DNA of 63,726 nucleotides, filler included, from Diploschistes diacapsis (Eukaryota), in NCBI GenBank assembly GCA_023645945.1. It is 25 parts of 25 records of this genome, joined end to end, with 100 filler letters (N's around TTAATTAATTAA, not from the genome) between each part and the next. Parts side by side here need not be neighbours in the genome. Positions count along the whole stretch, not along the records: positions 49,965 to 51,021 come from JALAIB010004128.1; positions 51,122 to 52,178 come from JALAIB010004129.1; positions 52,279 to 53,334 come from JALAIB010004130.1; positions 53,435 to 54,490 come from JALAIB010004131.1; positions 54,591 to 55,646 come from JALAIB010004132.1; positions 55,747 to 56,801 come from JALAIB010004133.1; positions 56,902 to 57,956 come from JALAIB010004134.1; positions 58,057 to 59,110 come from JALAIB010004135.1; 17 more parts are not named here. One strand, given 5' to 3'. Below the pieces are notes generated by a model that was not told the DNA's origin, ran no database searches, and worked only from the letters and a program-made list of their open reading frames with translations. This document shows, piece by piece, positions 50,439 through 62,672 of this stretch. Every line of letters begins with the position of its first letter. Position 1 is the stretch's first letter. The translations under genes were made by a program, and so were the position numbers.

Positions 50439-51121
50439 ACCTAAAGAACTATAAAGCAAAATTAAAGAAGTTATACGATATTAACGGATCTACTATTAAG
50501 GATAATTAAGATTAAGAATATAGAATTTACGGACTATATGTATATTTAATATAAGAATTAATCTGGCGAAACGGGAATTTTATTTTTAAAATTTAGTTTA
50601 ATTAACCCGGCGATATTATCGTCAATTCAGATAATTCTAAATTAAACTCCGTTGACAAACCTTTTTAAACGTTGATGTATGCCTCGAATAATTCTAAATC
50701 CAGCTTTTTCGTTAAATAACGCATTTATTCGTCAACACGACCTTCCGTCAGCTTAAAAACCTTTCGGTTACGGCGAATACGACGTTTACGTTAAAGACGA
50801 CGATCTTTAATTTCACGGAATTACTTCTTTAGCTCTTTTTCTTATTCATTATCCTCGTTAATAAGTTTCTTATCTTTATCGATTTCTTCGCGTATCGAAA
50901 GGATAATCCGATTAATTATTTCTTAAATAATAGAAATACAATCTTTTTTATTAAACTTAACATAGCGAGCGTATTTAATAGAAATAAAAGATATCCTGAT
51001 ACAGTCGTAAGAGAACAGATANNNNNNNNNNNNNNNNNNNNNNNNNNNNNNNNNNNNNNNNNNNNTTAATTAATTAANNNNNNNNNNNNNNNNNNNNNNN
51101 NNNNNNNNNNNNNNNNNNNNN

Positions 51122-51937
51122 ATAAATAATAGATAGACACGGTTATTAATAGTTTATGCGTATCTTTAAGCCTTTAATTAGACCGAATAGATCCGAAACG
51201 CGTCGTTTATTAATTATAAACGGTTATAATAGCTATATTACCGTCAATATTATTCGTTTTTATATATCTAATCGAATCGATCTGATAATATTATTTTCGT
51301 ATAGTTCTTATCTTTTTTAACCATTCGATGTCGCAATATTTTCGCCGTTGAAAAGCGCGTTAACGCAAAAGACGGATCATATTACTCGACTAAATAAATC
51401 GCGTATGATACGCTCGGAATAAATCGAATTATTTTTAATAGCTCGGAATCGAGCTATTACGAATCGAAACGCTTAGATAAATTTTATAAATATTAAATTA
51501 TAATTTATTAATCTTATAACCGTGTTTAATAAGCTTTATTCGACTTATCGGACCCCTTCACTTCCATTTTATAGTTCTTTTTTAACCTCGAATCAATTCG
51601 ATTTAGATTTATTCTTACTGTATAATTCTTCACCAAATACGACCGAACTGCGAAAGATTAATAAAGAGTTTAATTAAGCGTTACGAGCCGTTCTAGAACT
51701 AATTAGTCCGATTCGACGTTATTCGAGTCGAGTAACCCGTATATTTAAATCGACGCATACTAAACTCATAACGCTTCGTAAAGAAAACCGAGAACAAAAA
51801 ACGCTTCTTAATAATCGTAAAAAACGTAAATCAAATAAACGAATCGAATTAGAAGGTCGTTTTATGTTTAACATAAACGAAATTCTTAAAATAGTAGCTT
51901 AGGTTAAATCGAATCGAATAATTTCGAAACGATCTAC
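51122..51937 (+). mobile_element. RIP-inactivated Fot1/pogo DDE transposase
   Basis: RRLLIINGYNSYIT..IDLIILFSYSSYLF*PFDVAIFSPLK corresponds, allowing C->T/G->A changes, to the DDE_1 consensus LLIxDGHxSH..LPPHSSHxLQPLDVxxFxPLK. Confidence 0.88.
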
Positions 51938-52178
51938 TAGGCTGGCCGTCACGGACACGGCCGTGGTAGTGTCCGTATTTTAAAATTTTCAGCCGTAGTG
52001 TCCGTGTCCGTGCTTTTATTATAATATAATGTCCGTAGAAATGTTCGTATTTTAAAATTTTTAATCGTAGTGTCCGTGTCCGTGTTTTTATTATAATATA
52101 GTATCCGTGGAAGTATCCGTGCTACAAAATTTTTAGCCGTAGTGTCCGTGTCCGTGCTTTTATTGTAGTATAGTGTCC
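51938..52178 (-). mobile_element. hAT-type MITE end inserted in the Fot1 transposase
   Basis: TAGGCTGGCCGTCACGGAC start. The uninterrupted transposase sequence is seen at 54800-54840. Confidence 0.88.
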
Positions 52179-53720
52179 NNNNNNNNNNNNNNNNNNNNNN
52201 NNNNNNNNNNNNNNNNNNNNNNTTAATTAATTAANNNNNNNNNNNNNNNNNNNNNNNNNNNNNNNNNNNNNNNNNNNNGTTATATTACCTCATACATTCA
52301 TTCTTAAAGATATTTAAATGTTATAATATTTAGCTCCGGAATATAAAAACGACGTATTAGTTAAAATAAGTTTAATCTCATATAAAAAAATACAAAAAAA
52401 AACAATTATAAATCTAAAACTGATGTCAAAGGAAATTTTATTAAAAAAATAATATAACCGACAATATTACTCTGACAAATCACAAAAATATCGATACCAA
52501 TAAACATACTAGAACTCATAAAAGCCGTAACTGGCAGCGTTATATACCCAACGCCGCCTAAACCAAATAAACGGTGATTCAGTTCGTTCATCTAAATCAA
52601 CTAAACTGAAGTTCATTTCGTTCAAATGTCACGTGACCTGTATCACTGTGGCTGTTTTAAGTACAAAGAGTGATTAGGATGTGACGAGGTCGAGACCTCG
52701 GATCGTAACAGTTTTCTAACCAGGGTAACTCATTTTCGGTTAATAATTCTTTATTTAAGTTTCTTTAAATAAATAGCGTCTTAACTGACCTACGATAGAC
52801 CTACGGTATACTACCGTTTTCCTTATTTTTCAGGTTTTATAGCCCGGGTAACTGATTTTGGGTTAATAATTTTTTTTTTAGTTTTTTTAAGTTATTAGTA
52901 TCTTAGCTAATCTGCGATAAACCTTCCGTATGTTCTCGTTTTTCTCGTTTTCCAGATTTTTTACTCCCGGAAATTTCTTAAATTCGCGTAACATCGCGGC
53001 GCCATTACGAAGGGTTTACAGTATAACACCGGACATCCTTCAATACGGTATAGTGGATAGTTAATTTAATTTAATAACCTTTTATTTTAAAATAGGTCAT
53101 AATTTATGAATTTTATAATCCGTTTTATAATATTATAAATTCCGTAACGATATATTAGCAGGATTTATCTTACTGGGACTGTACGTGATAATGAAATTAA
53201 AAAAAGTTAGACTTACTATTATTTACCTCGGTTGTCTATCGGTTCAAGAATTTTATTTTATAAAACCTTTTAAGTTATTATCATCAATTAAAATCTCGAT
53301 ACTATATCGAACGTTTTCTTAATAACATTTCTCANNNNNNNNNNNNNNNNNNNNNNNNNNNNNNNNNNNNNNNNNNNNTTAATTAATTAANNNNNNNNNN
53401 NNNNNNNNNNNNNNNNNNNNNNNNNNNNNNNNNNGGTGATATTGGAGGGAGAGGGAGAGGGAGAGGGAGAGGGAGGGGCGAAAGAAGGGGTGATGGTTTC
53501 AGCGTTATGGATAGGAAACGGCGTTGGGGAAGTGCTGTGCATAGTGGGCTGTACGATGTGCAGAATAGATGAAGAGACATGGTGGAAGGAACATTGCACT
53601 GAATTGCAGGAAAGCGAAATGAATGTACATGGACGAATCTCCGCTTGTATTATATACCACCCTCTAAAATACCACGAACCCATCCATCTTCTTATCTCGA
53701 TCACCACCAAATCAATCCTC

Positions 53721-54490
53721 TCAAACCCCACCCTCCTCCTCTTTAGACTTCCTGTACATAACATCCGTCCTCATCGTCCACTTCTCCCCACCCACTACCT
53801 CCTCCCCACTATGCAGCAGACCCCTTTGCTGAAACACCACAACCCTGCCCATCTTGGGCTCCACATCAAAATACTTCCCCTTCGGCTCATCACCCCAATC
53901 ACCCCCATAATAATCCGGCCCAAAGAACCTCGTCGCCCCTCCCTCCAGCAGATTCCCACTCCCCTCGTCTCTCTCGTTCATATACAGATGCAGCGTAAAC
54001 AACGAGAACTCGTCCCCCTCCGGCGTGCGGTACTGTCCGTCGCAGTGCTCGCGGAAATACTCGCCGGGCCCGTACTTCAGGAAGCGCATGCGCTCGTTCA
54101 GGCGGGAGAAGATGGCGGCCTCGTTGCGCCGCACGGGCCCGTAGCCCGTGATCAGCGGGCTGTTCACGACGAGGCCGATGTCCGCGTGCACGAAGGGCTG
54201 GATGCGCGCCCAGATCCGCGCGACGAGGTCGCGGCTGTCCCAGATGATGCGCGAGCAGTTGCGGATGTCCTCGATCAGGGCCTGCGTGTTGCCGCCCGTG
54301 TTGACGAGAGCGCGCTCCCAGGTGTTGGAGGCGGAGGCGAGGGCCAGGGCGGAGAGCTGCTGGCATTCCGAGGCGGTGAAGGCATTGTCGAGGATGAGGG
54401 CGTAGTGTTCCGAGTACGTGGGGAGGTCGACGGCTGCGAAGTCGACCTTTTTGGCGGTTATGTTTGGGGGTGGAGGGGAGGCGAGGAAGG
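53721..54490 (-). CDS. 2OG-Fe(II) dioxygenase (prolyl 4-hydroxylase-like), 5' truncated
   Basis: ILDNAFTASEC, IRNCSRIIWD, LNERMRFLKYGPGEYFREHCDG (HxD), TLHLYMN, GGATRF, LLHSGEEV..KWTMRTD. Confidence 0.9.
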
Positions 54491-54590
54491 NNNNNNNNNN
54501 NNNNNNNNNNNNNNNNNNNNNNNNNNNNNNNNNNTTAATTAATTAANNNNNNNNNNNNNNNNNNNNNNNNNNNNNNNNNNNNNNNNNNNN

Positions 54591-55015
54591 GATCGATTAG
54601 ATTTTAATTGCGACGAATAGGTTATATTTAAAAACCGTAGAATGTTAGCGGTAGTGATTTGAGGTGGCCGGACTCTGGGGGTGGCCGGATTCACCGTCAA
54701 ACACGTTATCGTAAAAATAGAAATTAAATAAACGAATAGAATTAAAAGGTCGTTTTATATTTAACATAGACGAAATTCTTAAAATAATAATTTAAACTAA
54801 ATCGAATTAAACAGTTTCGAAACGATCTATAACGCGTAAAAAACGTCGTCGCGCCTCTGAAATCGAAGAAGATAAAGAAAAAAAAAAAAATTCGATTTAG
54901 ATCGATTAGATTCTGATTACGACGAATAGGTTATATCTAAAAACCGTAAAATGTTAGCGGTAGTGATTTGAAGTGGCCGAGCTTTGGGGGTGGCCGAGCT
55001 GACCGTGAAACACGT
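54591..55015 (+). mobile_element. Two 3' ends of the Fot1-type ACGTGTTTGACGG family, one copy nested in another
   Basis: Ends ..CCGTCAAACACGT-TA at 54706 and ..CCGTGAAACACGT-TA at 55015. The DNA between matches the transposase C-terminus at 51810-51937. Confidence 0.8.
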
Positions 55016-55179
55016 TACGTATGTTTAACTAAATTGAATCACCGGGATTAATCTTGTTAATAAAACGTCGGTATTTATCCGCGTATCGTTTCTATCGTTC
55101 TTGCGTTAAGGTCATATATCGTTTTACGAAGTTCTAGATGTTTTATATGATTTCGACAATAATATTAATATTTCGATTA

Positions 55180-55646
55180 ACGTATATGCATAGCGAGCGG
55201 ACACCCCCCATTGGATTTTACGAGCTTTTAACTTTTGTATCAATTTTCTACGCGTCCGATTATAGAATCATCTTTAATTAAAAATAAAATTATAATGATA
55301 TTTTAGGCTATTAAATAAGATTCAAATCTTAATATAAAACGCGTATTTTAAATATATAAGATTTCTCGTACGACGTTTATTGCTCGACGCGATAATTATA
55401 CTTTAAGACACGATATTTTAATTAATTTAAGGAATTTCATCGTATAAAAAAAAGAGTTTTTAAACGTACGATTGATTTAATCGAATATAATTTTCCGCCG
55501 AGATAGAACAACATACGCGATATAATTAATTTAATACGCATAGCTCGAAAAGCGCGGCCGATCGAACCACGATAAATATAAAATTTCGTACGAAGGTAAA
55601 AAATGATTAAAACGCGATTTTAACGTAAAATCGATTATTAAAAAGT
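55180..55646 (+). mobile_element. 5' part of a second Fot1/pogo family, RIP-mutated (TIR + HTH domains)
   Basis: TA-ACGTATATGCATAGCGAGCGGACACCC, then IYKISRTT and NFPPR..IRDIINL..NFVRR..KTRF*RKIDY (psq/CENP-B-type HTH). Confidence 0.75.
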
Positions 55647-56342
55647 NNNNNNNNNNNNNNNNNNNNNNNNNNNNNNNNNNNNNNNNNNNNTTAATTAATT
55701 AANNNNNNNNNNNNNNNNNNNNNNNNNNNNNNNNNNNNNNNNNNNNAAATTACCTTACGCTACGCTGGAAAAATCAGGTTCCGATATTCTGTATTTAAAA
55801 TATATTATAAACTTCTTTGAATTAAAAATAATCTCTTATCGGGATAGGAGTTATACAAGATAAAATTACGAAGAAGTTTTAATCAAAACGGCCTGTATCT
55901 ATACGACGACGACGGACGGATCATTTCTACGTACAAATAGATAAATAGAGTCTATTACTCGAGCAAAATTACAAATGAAGAACAAACGTATAGAACAATA
56001 GCGTATCTAATAATTAAAATCTAAATCTAAACTAAACCCGATAGTTCAGCCTAGACTGAACCCGAGGATTTAATCTAACAAAACCAATTATCAGCTATGA
56101 CACGCACGCATGGCCCATATGGGACCCAAGAAGCTCCAGAACCTGCACGAAATTACGATTCTTACTAATCCTATCCGCGTCACACCTTATACGTATAAAA
56201 TATGCCAATTAATTAAAATTAAGCAATAAATTAGCCGCACCTTAGCTAAACATAAATAAAACATTTTAAATTTAATAAATATCGATATCTATAAACCGTC
56301 CTTAAAATTATTTAACAACAACTAATATAAACACAAGGCGCG

Positions 56343-56560
56343 CTGTCTAGGGAGACTTCCCTTGCTGTAGTAGGTAGATAGTCGTAGGTGGTGTAGTAGG
56401 TGAATGTAGTGTGATCTCGTAGTCAACAGCATACCCAGGTAGGACATTTGTGAGGTATAAGATGCATTAATTGTCTAGAGCTACCTAACAGACCTCCTTA
56501 TGTAAAACTACTTTAAGGGACTCGCCCCCCATTAAGTCCATAACTTATTTTTATATTTAT
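56343..56560 (+). repeat. LTR-like dispersed repeat (second copy 58495-58630)
   Basis: Shared CATACCYAGGTAGGAYATTTGTGAGGT..TTGTCTAGAGCTACCTA; possible TG start near 56343. Confidence 0.55.
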
Positions 56561-56956
56561 ATACGACCCCCCCTTCAATAGTTCGCTGACCTATAGCGAA
56601 TTCTATACAAGTCTTATTAATAGAAAACCTAAATCCCGTTACCTTCTTATCTTAACGTAATCCTGTACCTTTTAAATAAAGGTAATACCTAAAAACCTAT
56701 CTTCTTTAATACTTCTTTCTCGATATAATAATGTTCTTAAACGTAATAACGTTATTAAATTTAATTCTTTATATTTCATTCTTTCGAATCACGAGGATAG
56801 ANNNNNNNNNNNNNNNNNNNNNNNNNNNNNNNNNNNNNNNNNNNNTTAATTAATTAANNNNNNNNNNNNNNNNNNNNNNNNNNNNNNNNNNNNNNNNNNN
56901 NGACAGATTTGATGTGGTCCACTTCTGGGGGTGGCCCGGTTCCCCGTCAAACACGT

Positions 56957-57410
56957 TAATATAATATCCGTAAAAATGTCCGTGTTTTAAAAATTTTAAT
57001 CGTAATATTCGTGTTAATAGATTTATTATCGTGTCCGTATATTTATCGAAATACTTTTAAATAATATTTATTTTTTAATAATTTTAGAATTATTATGTTT
57101 ATTTTTTACGTTTTTATTTTTTTATCGCGGTGTTTCGGTAAATTTACGGTAGTATTTCGGTGGATTTACTATAATATAGTATTCGTAGCAATATCGTGTT
57201 TTAAAATTTTTAGCGGTAGTGTCCGTGGAAATATCCGTGTTTTAAATTTTTTAGCCGTAGTGTCCGTGTCCGTGCTTTTATTATAATGTAGTGTCCGTGG
57301 AAGTGTCCGTGTTTTAAAATTTTAGCGGTAGTGTCCGTGGCAGTATCGTGTTTTAAAAATTTTCTCGGTAGTGTCCGTGGAAGTGTCCGTGGCACGAAAC
57401 GGCCAGCCTA
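56957..57410 (-). mobile_element. hAT-type MITE interrupted by a Fot1-type end (56902-56956)
   Basis: Ends CACGAAACGGCCAGCCTA; junction CCGTCAAACACGT|TA. Confidence 0.88.
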
Positions 57411-57824
57411 ATTTAAATCTGCTGATCAAGGTTCTTTTTAATTCCGGTTCGGGAAGTATCGCATAATACTTTTTTTTTATCTGCCGTAGTCGCCATGATT
57501 GCGTATAGACGGGATATATTAATATATATATATCCGTTTAATTCAAAAGTCCGTGTTTTAAAGTTAATTGTTAGATTATAGATATTTAGCCACGAATCTT
57601 TTAGAATAGCGTCGTATTTTGTTATCTTGATAATAATAAAGGTAAGTTTTTTAATATGCCTACGGATCCGGACTATCAACGGAATTATACGTTTAATACT
57701 TTATTAAACGTTACGATCCGTTACGGTTACGAATATAAATTTCCTTTTAAGTTCGTAATTCTTTATCTTTAATCGTTGTACATATTAGGATAAAATAACA
57801 ATTATTTCGGTATCTAGATCGATT
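57411..57824 (-). mobile_element. RIP-degraded Ty3/Gypsy aspartyl protease region (homolog at 59928-60264)
   Basis: YDAILKDSWLNIYNLTINF corresponds to the Gypsy motif YDxILGxPWLxxHNPxIDW/F. Confidence 0.7.
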
Positions 57825-57956
57825 TAGGCTGGCCGTCACTGACACTGACACGGCCGTGTCAGTGACACGGACACTGACAGTGTCAGTATCCGTGTTTTAG
57901 ATTTTTTAACTGCGGTGTCCGTGTCCGTGGATTCACGGAAGTGCAGTGTCCGTATT
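57825..57956 (-). mobile_element. hAT-type MITE end
   Basis: TAGGCTGGCCGTCACTGACACTGACACGGCCGTGTCAGTG. Confidence 0.85.
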
Positions 57957-58056
57957 NNNNNNNNNNNNNNNNNNNNNNNNNNNNNNNNNNNNNNNNNNNN
58001 TTAATTAATTAANNNNNNNNNNNNNNNNNNNNNNNNNNNNNNNNNNNNNNNNNNNN

Positions 58057-58494
58057 AATAGATACGAGGTATTAATTAAGATAAATTTGATTTCGTTTAA
58101 AAAAGGAATGCAAGTAAGAGAAGAAAATACAATAGTTATAGGTCTTAAATTATCTTTAGAAAAAAGGTTTTCTAATAATAAAGATAACGAATATAAATTA
58201 ATCTCGAGCAATCGTTAAGGATGTTTATAAAAATAAATACGTTCTAAACTTATAAAAGTTATGGCGACGTTTTTATATAATTAACAACTCTTTTAATAAA
58301 ATAAATAAATAAATAAATAAATAAAATTACCGTTCTTTCTTTTTATTTATGACTAAATAGAATGGTCTTTTAGACCTTTTACTCATCACGTGACCCGCGT
58401 TATCCTAATTGGACTATATATAAGGAATAATTGAGAAGTGCTCGATTAGCTGTTGCGTGCCAAGTACTACCGCCTAGTACCTTGGATCGTAACA
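58057..58494 (-). mobile_element. LTR, TGTTACGATC family, U3 variant A
   Basis: Colinear with 41851-42243. Confidence 0.8.
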
Positions 58495-59210
58495 CATACC
58501 TAGGTAGGATATTTGTGAGGTGTAGGATGTATTGATTGTCTAGAGCTACCTAGCAGGCCTCCTTAAATGGAGCTCCCAGTGGGGACTACCCCCACCAAGT
58601 CTGCCGCCTACTTTTATGTTTACAGTATAACGCCCGTTGTTGACGTAATAGGCTTTAATATATTCGGTTTAATAAATTTAGGTTTAGGTTCGGGTTTAAA
58701 TTTAATTCTTTTTCTTAAAATTTTAACTCGTAAGAACTTCTTTATTGACCGTTGGCCACTATCATCTGGCTTAGGATAATTATATAGAACGAAAATAAGG
58801 GCCTTTAGGATATTATGATCCTCGATAAGAATAAATAATATAAATTTAATATGATTTAGCTGAACTTTTACCTTTATCGTTGATACATTTTTGGCGTGCG
58901 TAATTAATACGTCTTTAACGTGAATAATTAACCCGTCGTTGATATTTTTAATATTAAATATTAGATCGTTCGTTAAACGTCCCGGTGGTTTCCGGATATA
59001 TATTATGTTATCGTTCTTTTTATAACTTTTAAATAATTTTAATTTTTAAAAAATAAACGTTCTGTTTTCTTTAAATTTGATTAAAGTGATTTTAATAATC
59101 TTCTAAACATNNNNNNNNNNNNNNNNNNNNNNNNNNNNNNNNNNNNNNNNNNNNTTAATTAATTAANNNNNNNNNNNNNNNNNNNNNNNNNNNNNNNNNN
59201 NNNNNNNNNN

Positions 59211-59925
59211 TCCTTTAATAACTTTCTAATTCGAGCCTGTTCGACTCAAAACGAAGGCTTTAAAAAAAGAATTATCATTAATACCAAAACCTAACTCGTT
59301 TATATTATATATATATTCGGTCGCGTATTGATCCTTATTATATTAAACTATTATTATATCGAATTACCGTTATATAACATCGTAATTTATCGCATTAAAT
59401 CTATTAAACTCGATTTACCTTATTTAAATATTAATAATTTCAGGAAATCGTTTGCGAAATCGCGATACCTAATTTTTACCGATAAATTAAAGATTCGCGA
59501 TTATGATTTTTGAATTCGAATTAAATCGAATGCGTTCGCGTCGAATCTTTTCGGTTATATCCATCACCAACGCAGGCGATGCAGAAAAACCAGTTTATGT
59601 AAAACGTGTAATCTATCGTACTAATATCTTTTTTTCTGAATTTAAGAGGATTTGAGTCGTTTCGTGGCTATTAAAGTATAATTAAGTTCTATTAAGTCGA
59701 TCTATAATGGTCGATCGAGATACTTTAAATGCGCGGGCAGCCTCTCGAATGCTAATATATTGTTATAATTTTAGGGCCTGTAAACAGTCGTTGATATTAG
59801 ATTTTATTAGAATCGAATTATTTCGATGCGAGATAATCATTATTGAGAAAAATCGAATGTAAGATGAACACAGTGATTTGAAGTGGCCGGACTCTGGGGG
59901 TGGCCGGACTCACCGTCAAACACGT
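59211..59925 (-). mobile_element. 5' part of a Fot1-type transposon (ACGTGTTTGACGG TIR + HTH), RIP-mutated
   Basis: TIR with flanking TA; SIREAARAFKVSRSTIIDRL HTH. Confidence 0.82.
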
Positions 59926-60364
59926 TATCTAAATTTACTAATTTAAGGTTTTTCTTGATTCCGATTCGGGAAGTATCGTATAATATTTTCTTTTTACTTA
60001 TCGTAATCGTCATGACTACGCGTAAACGGGATATATTAATATACGTATATCCGTTTAATTTAAAAGTCCGTGTTTTAAAATTAATCGTTAAATTATAGAT
60101 AGATATTTAATTAAAAGTCTCCGAAGATAACGTCGTAAATAATTATATTTATTAAATCGAAGATAAGTTCTTTAATATACCTTAAAATTTTAATTATTAG
60201 CGATAACGTACGTTTAATAATCTATAAAACGTTACGTATTATCATAATTTCGAGTATATACTTCNNNNNNNNNNNNNNNNNNNNNNNNNNNNNNNNNNNN
60301 NNNNNNNNTTAATTAATTAANNNNNNNNNNNNNNNNNNNNNNNNNNNNNNNNNNNNNNNNNNNN

Positions 60365-60673
60365 AATAACGAATATAAATTAATCCCGAATAATAACTTA
60401 AAATATTTATAAAAATAAATACGTTTTTTTTTACGAAAATAAAGTCGTGTTTATATATAATTAGCTCGCTCGCCGTTTACTGCAAGTTCAGCGAGCGGTG
60501 TTTTCGAGGCTCGCCGCTTATGAGAATAAGCGCGATCATCGAGCGATAACGAAAACTTACTCGCCGTTCACGAGAGTGAGCGCGAGCAGTGAACGCATCA
60601 CGTGACTCCTGGTCCCGTGACTGATCTATATATAAAGCTGGGACGTGCCAAGTCTAGTACTTGGATCGTAACA
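60365..60673 (-). mobile_element. LTR, TGTTACGATC family, U3 variant C, lightly mutated
   Basis: Homolog of 43165-43470 that retains its C/G residues. Confidence 0.82.
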
Positions 60674-61418
60674 CTCTTTTAATAATTATTTATAGTATTG
60701 CCGCCTGATTACGGAATCATTATCGACGTTATTAATATTTAGATTGATAATATCTTATCCGTCAATATCGATTTCGATAGATGGCTTAATAGACTTACCG
60801 ATAAGCAAGATAAGCTAATAAAAGAAGTTATAGCATATTTCCTGCGTCATAGAAGATCATAGTACCCTAAAGGCTTCCGCTTTCGCTTCTAGAGACGATC
60901 CGACGAAAAACGACGCTACCATTCTAGCTCAAGAAAAGGATGTTTATTTTATAATGGCGATAATTATCGCGCGATACGATACAAGCTCGCCAAAAAGTTC
61001 AGAAAAATGGTTATCGTAACAAAAGATAAGAAGCGAAAGAAATCAAAAGGATCCCGAGATATCCGCGACAAGAAAAGTAAAAACAAGCGCGTTTATAATA
61101 CAGAAAGTTTAGACGATAAAAGTTCAAAAAGTTTAAAATTTAAATTTAAACCTGAACCTCAACTATATAATAATAAAATTAGTAATATAATTAAGGACGC
61201 TATTATTAAAAGTAAAATTACTTTTATTAAATAAATCGGTAATACCGGCGCCTTATCACATATAACTAATTAATTACATCTGCTTAAAAACCTAATTCTT
61301 ATTCAAAAACGACGAATCAAAATTGGGAAAAGAATATTCTATTTAAATTATACTAAAAAGGTTAAATTAAAGCAAGGCAATGGAGTTCTATATTTAGAAT
61401 ATATAATATATATGCTGT
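60674..61418 (+). mobile_element. RIP-degraded Ty1/Copia gag-protease
   Basis: LPPDYGIIIDVI (gag), CLFYNGDNYRAIRY (mutated CCHC knuckle), *IGNTGALSHITN (protease). Confidence 0.8.
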
Positions 61419-61518
61419 NNNNNNNNNNNNNNNNNNNNNNNNNNNNNNNNNNNNNNNNNNNNTTAATTAATTAANNNNNNNNNNNNNNNNNNNNNNNNNN
61501 NNNNNNNNNNNNNNNNNN

Positions 61519-61940
61519 CTTTTAAATCGGCCTATCCTAAAGTTTTATGATTAAAATCTTAAGCTTTCGGATTTCTTCGATTTAACTTATATTAAATAAC
61601 GTAATCGGTACCCGCGTTCGTGTCCGTATTAGTTATCGGGAGACGTAGTTTTAATAAACGATTAAACGTAATAAAGTAGATATAAATCCGGATTCATAAC
61701 CTATTTAATAACGTAATAAATATATTGAAATCTACAGATCTATTTTTAAAAAAAATTTTATTTTATAAACTTTTATTCTCGTAAGATACGCTAAGTTTTA
61801 TTATTTATATTATTCCTTAATCGGTCTAGTTGAAATTCCAGGAGATTTAGCTGAACTGAACCTCGGAGTTCAGCTGAACTGGACCTCCCTCTGGAACTCA
61901 GTCGAACTCCCAGCCATGCCTTCTGCCTGTCTGCTCAACA
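61519..61940 (-). mobile_element. Copia LTR, TGTTGAGCAG family, inserted into a hAT MITE (61941-62122)
   Basis: CTGCTCAACA abuts MITE internal repeats. The MITE ends ACGGCCAGCCTA at 62122. Confidence 0.82.
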
Positions 61941-62269
61941 AATATTAATATTTTAAAATTTTTAATTGTAGTGTCCGTGTCCGTGCTTTTATTATAATGT
62001 AATATCCGTGTCAATATCCGTGTTTTAAAATTTTAGCTGTAGTGTCCGTGTTAATGTCCGTGTTTTGAAAATTTTTGCTGCAGTGTCCGTGTTAGTGACC
62101 GTGGCACGAAACGGCCAGCCTAAAATAAAGAATTTATAACACCGTTTATTAGTTTTATTATCGTCGTTACCGCCGATAATACCCTATAGCTTTTAACGCA
62201 GGTCTTTATCTTTTTCCCCCCTTCAGCCTTTTCCTTCTTCCCTTCCTTCCCCCCCTCTAGCCTTTTCCT

Positions 62270-62572
62270 TAGGCTGGCCGTCACGGACACGGCCGTGACA
62301 GTGTCCGTGTTTTAAAAATTTTAGCCGTAGTGTCCGTGTCCGTGCTTTTACTGTAATATAATGTTCGTGAGTGTATCCGTATTTTAAAATTTTTAATCGT
62401 AATATCCGTGTCCGTGCTTTTATTATAATATAATATTCGTAAAAATATTCGTGTTTTAAAAATTTTAATTATAATATTCGTATTAATAGATTTATTATCG
62501 TATCCGTATATTTATCGAAATATTTTACATAATATTTATTTTTTAATAATTTAAGAATTATGACGTTTATTT
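62270..62572 (-). mobile_element. hAT-type MITE, partial
   Basis: TAGGCTGGCCGTCACGGAC start. Confidence 0.87.
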
Positions 62573-62672
62573 NNNNNNNNNNNNNNNNNNNNNNNNNNNN
62601 NNNNNNNNNNNNNNNNTTAATTAATTAANNNNNNNNNNNNNNNNNNNNNNNNNNNNNNNNNNNNNNNNNNNN

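Noticed and set aside
53436..54542. 368-aa plus-strand ORF (also long shadow ORFs at 31122-32315, 26805-27698, 49026-49697)
   Set aside because: Antisense or off-frame shadows of recognisable genes in GC-rich, skewed sequence, with no motifs.
18514..62672. Regularly spaced TTAATTAATTAA motif flanked by Ns, about every 1.16 kb
   Set aside because: Assembly linker with six-frame stops. The spacing reflects size-ordered contigs, so cross-linker gene/TE neighbourhoods and ORFs running into X are artefacts.
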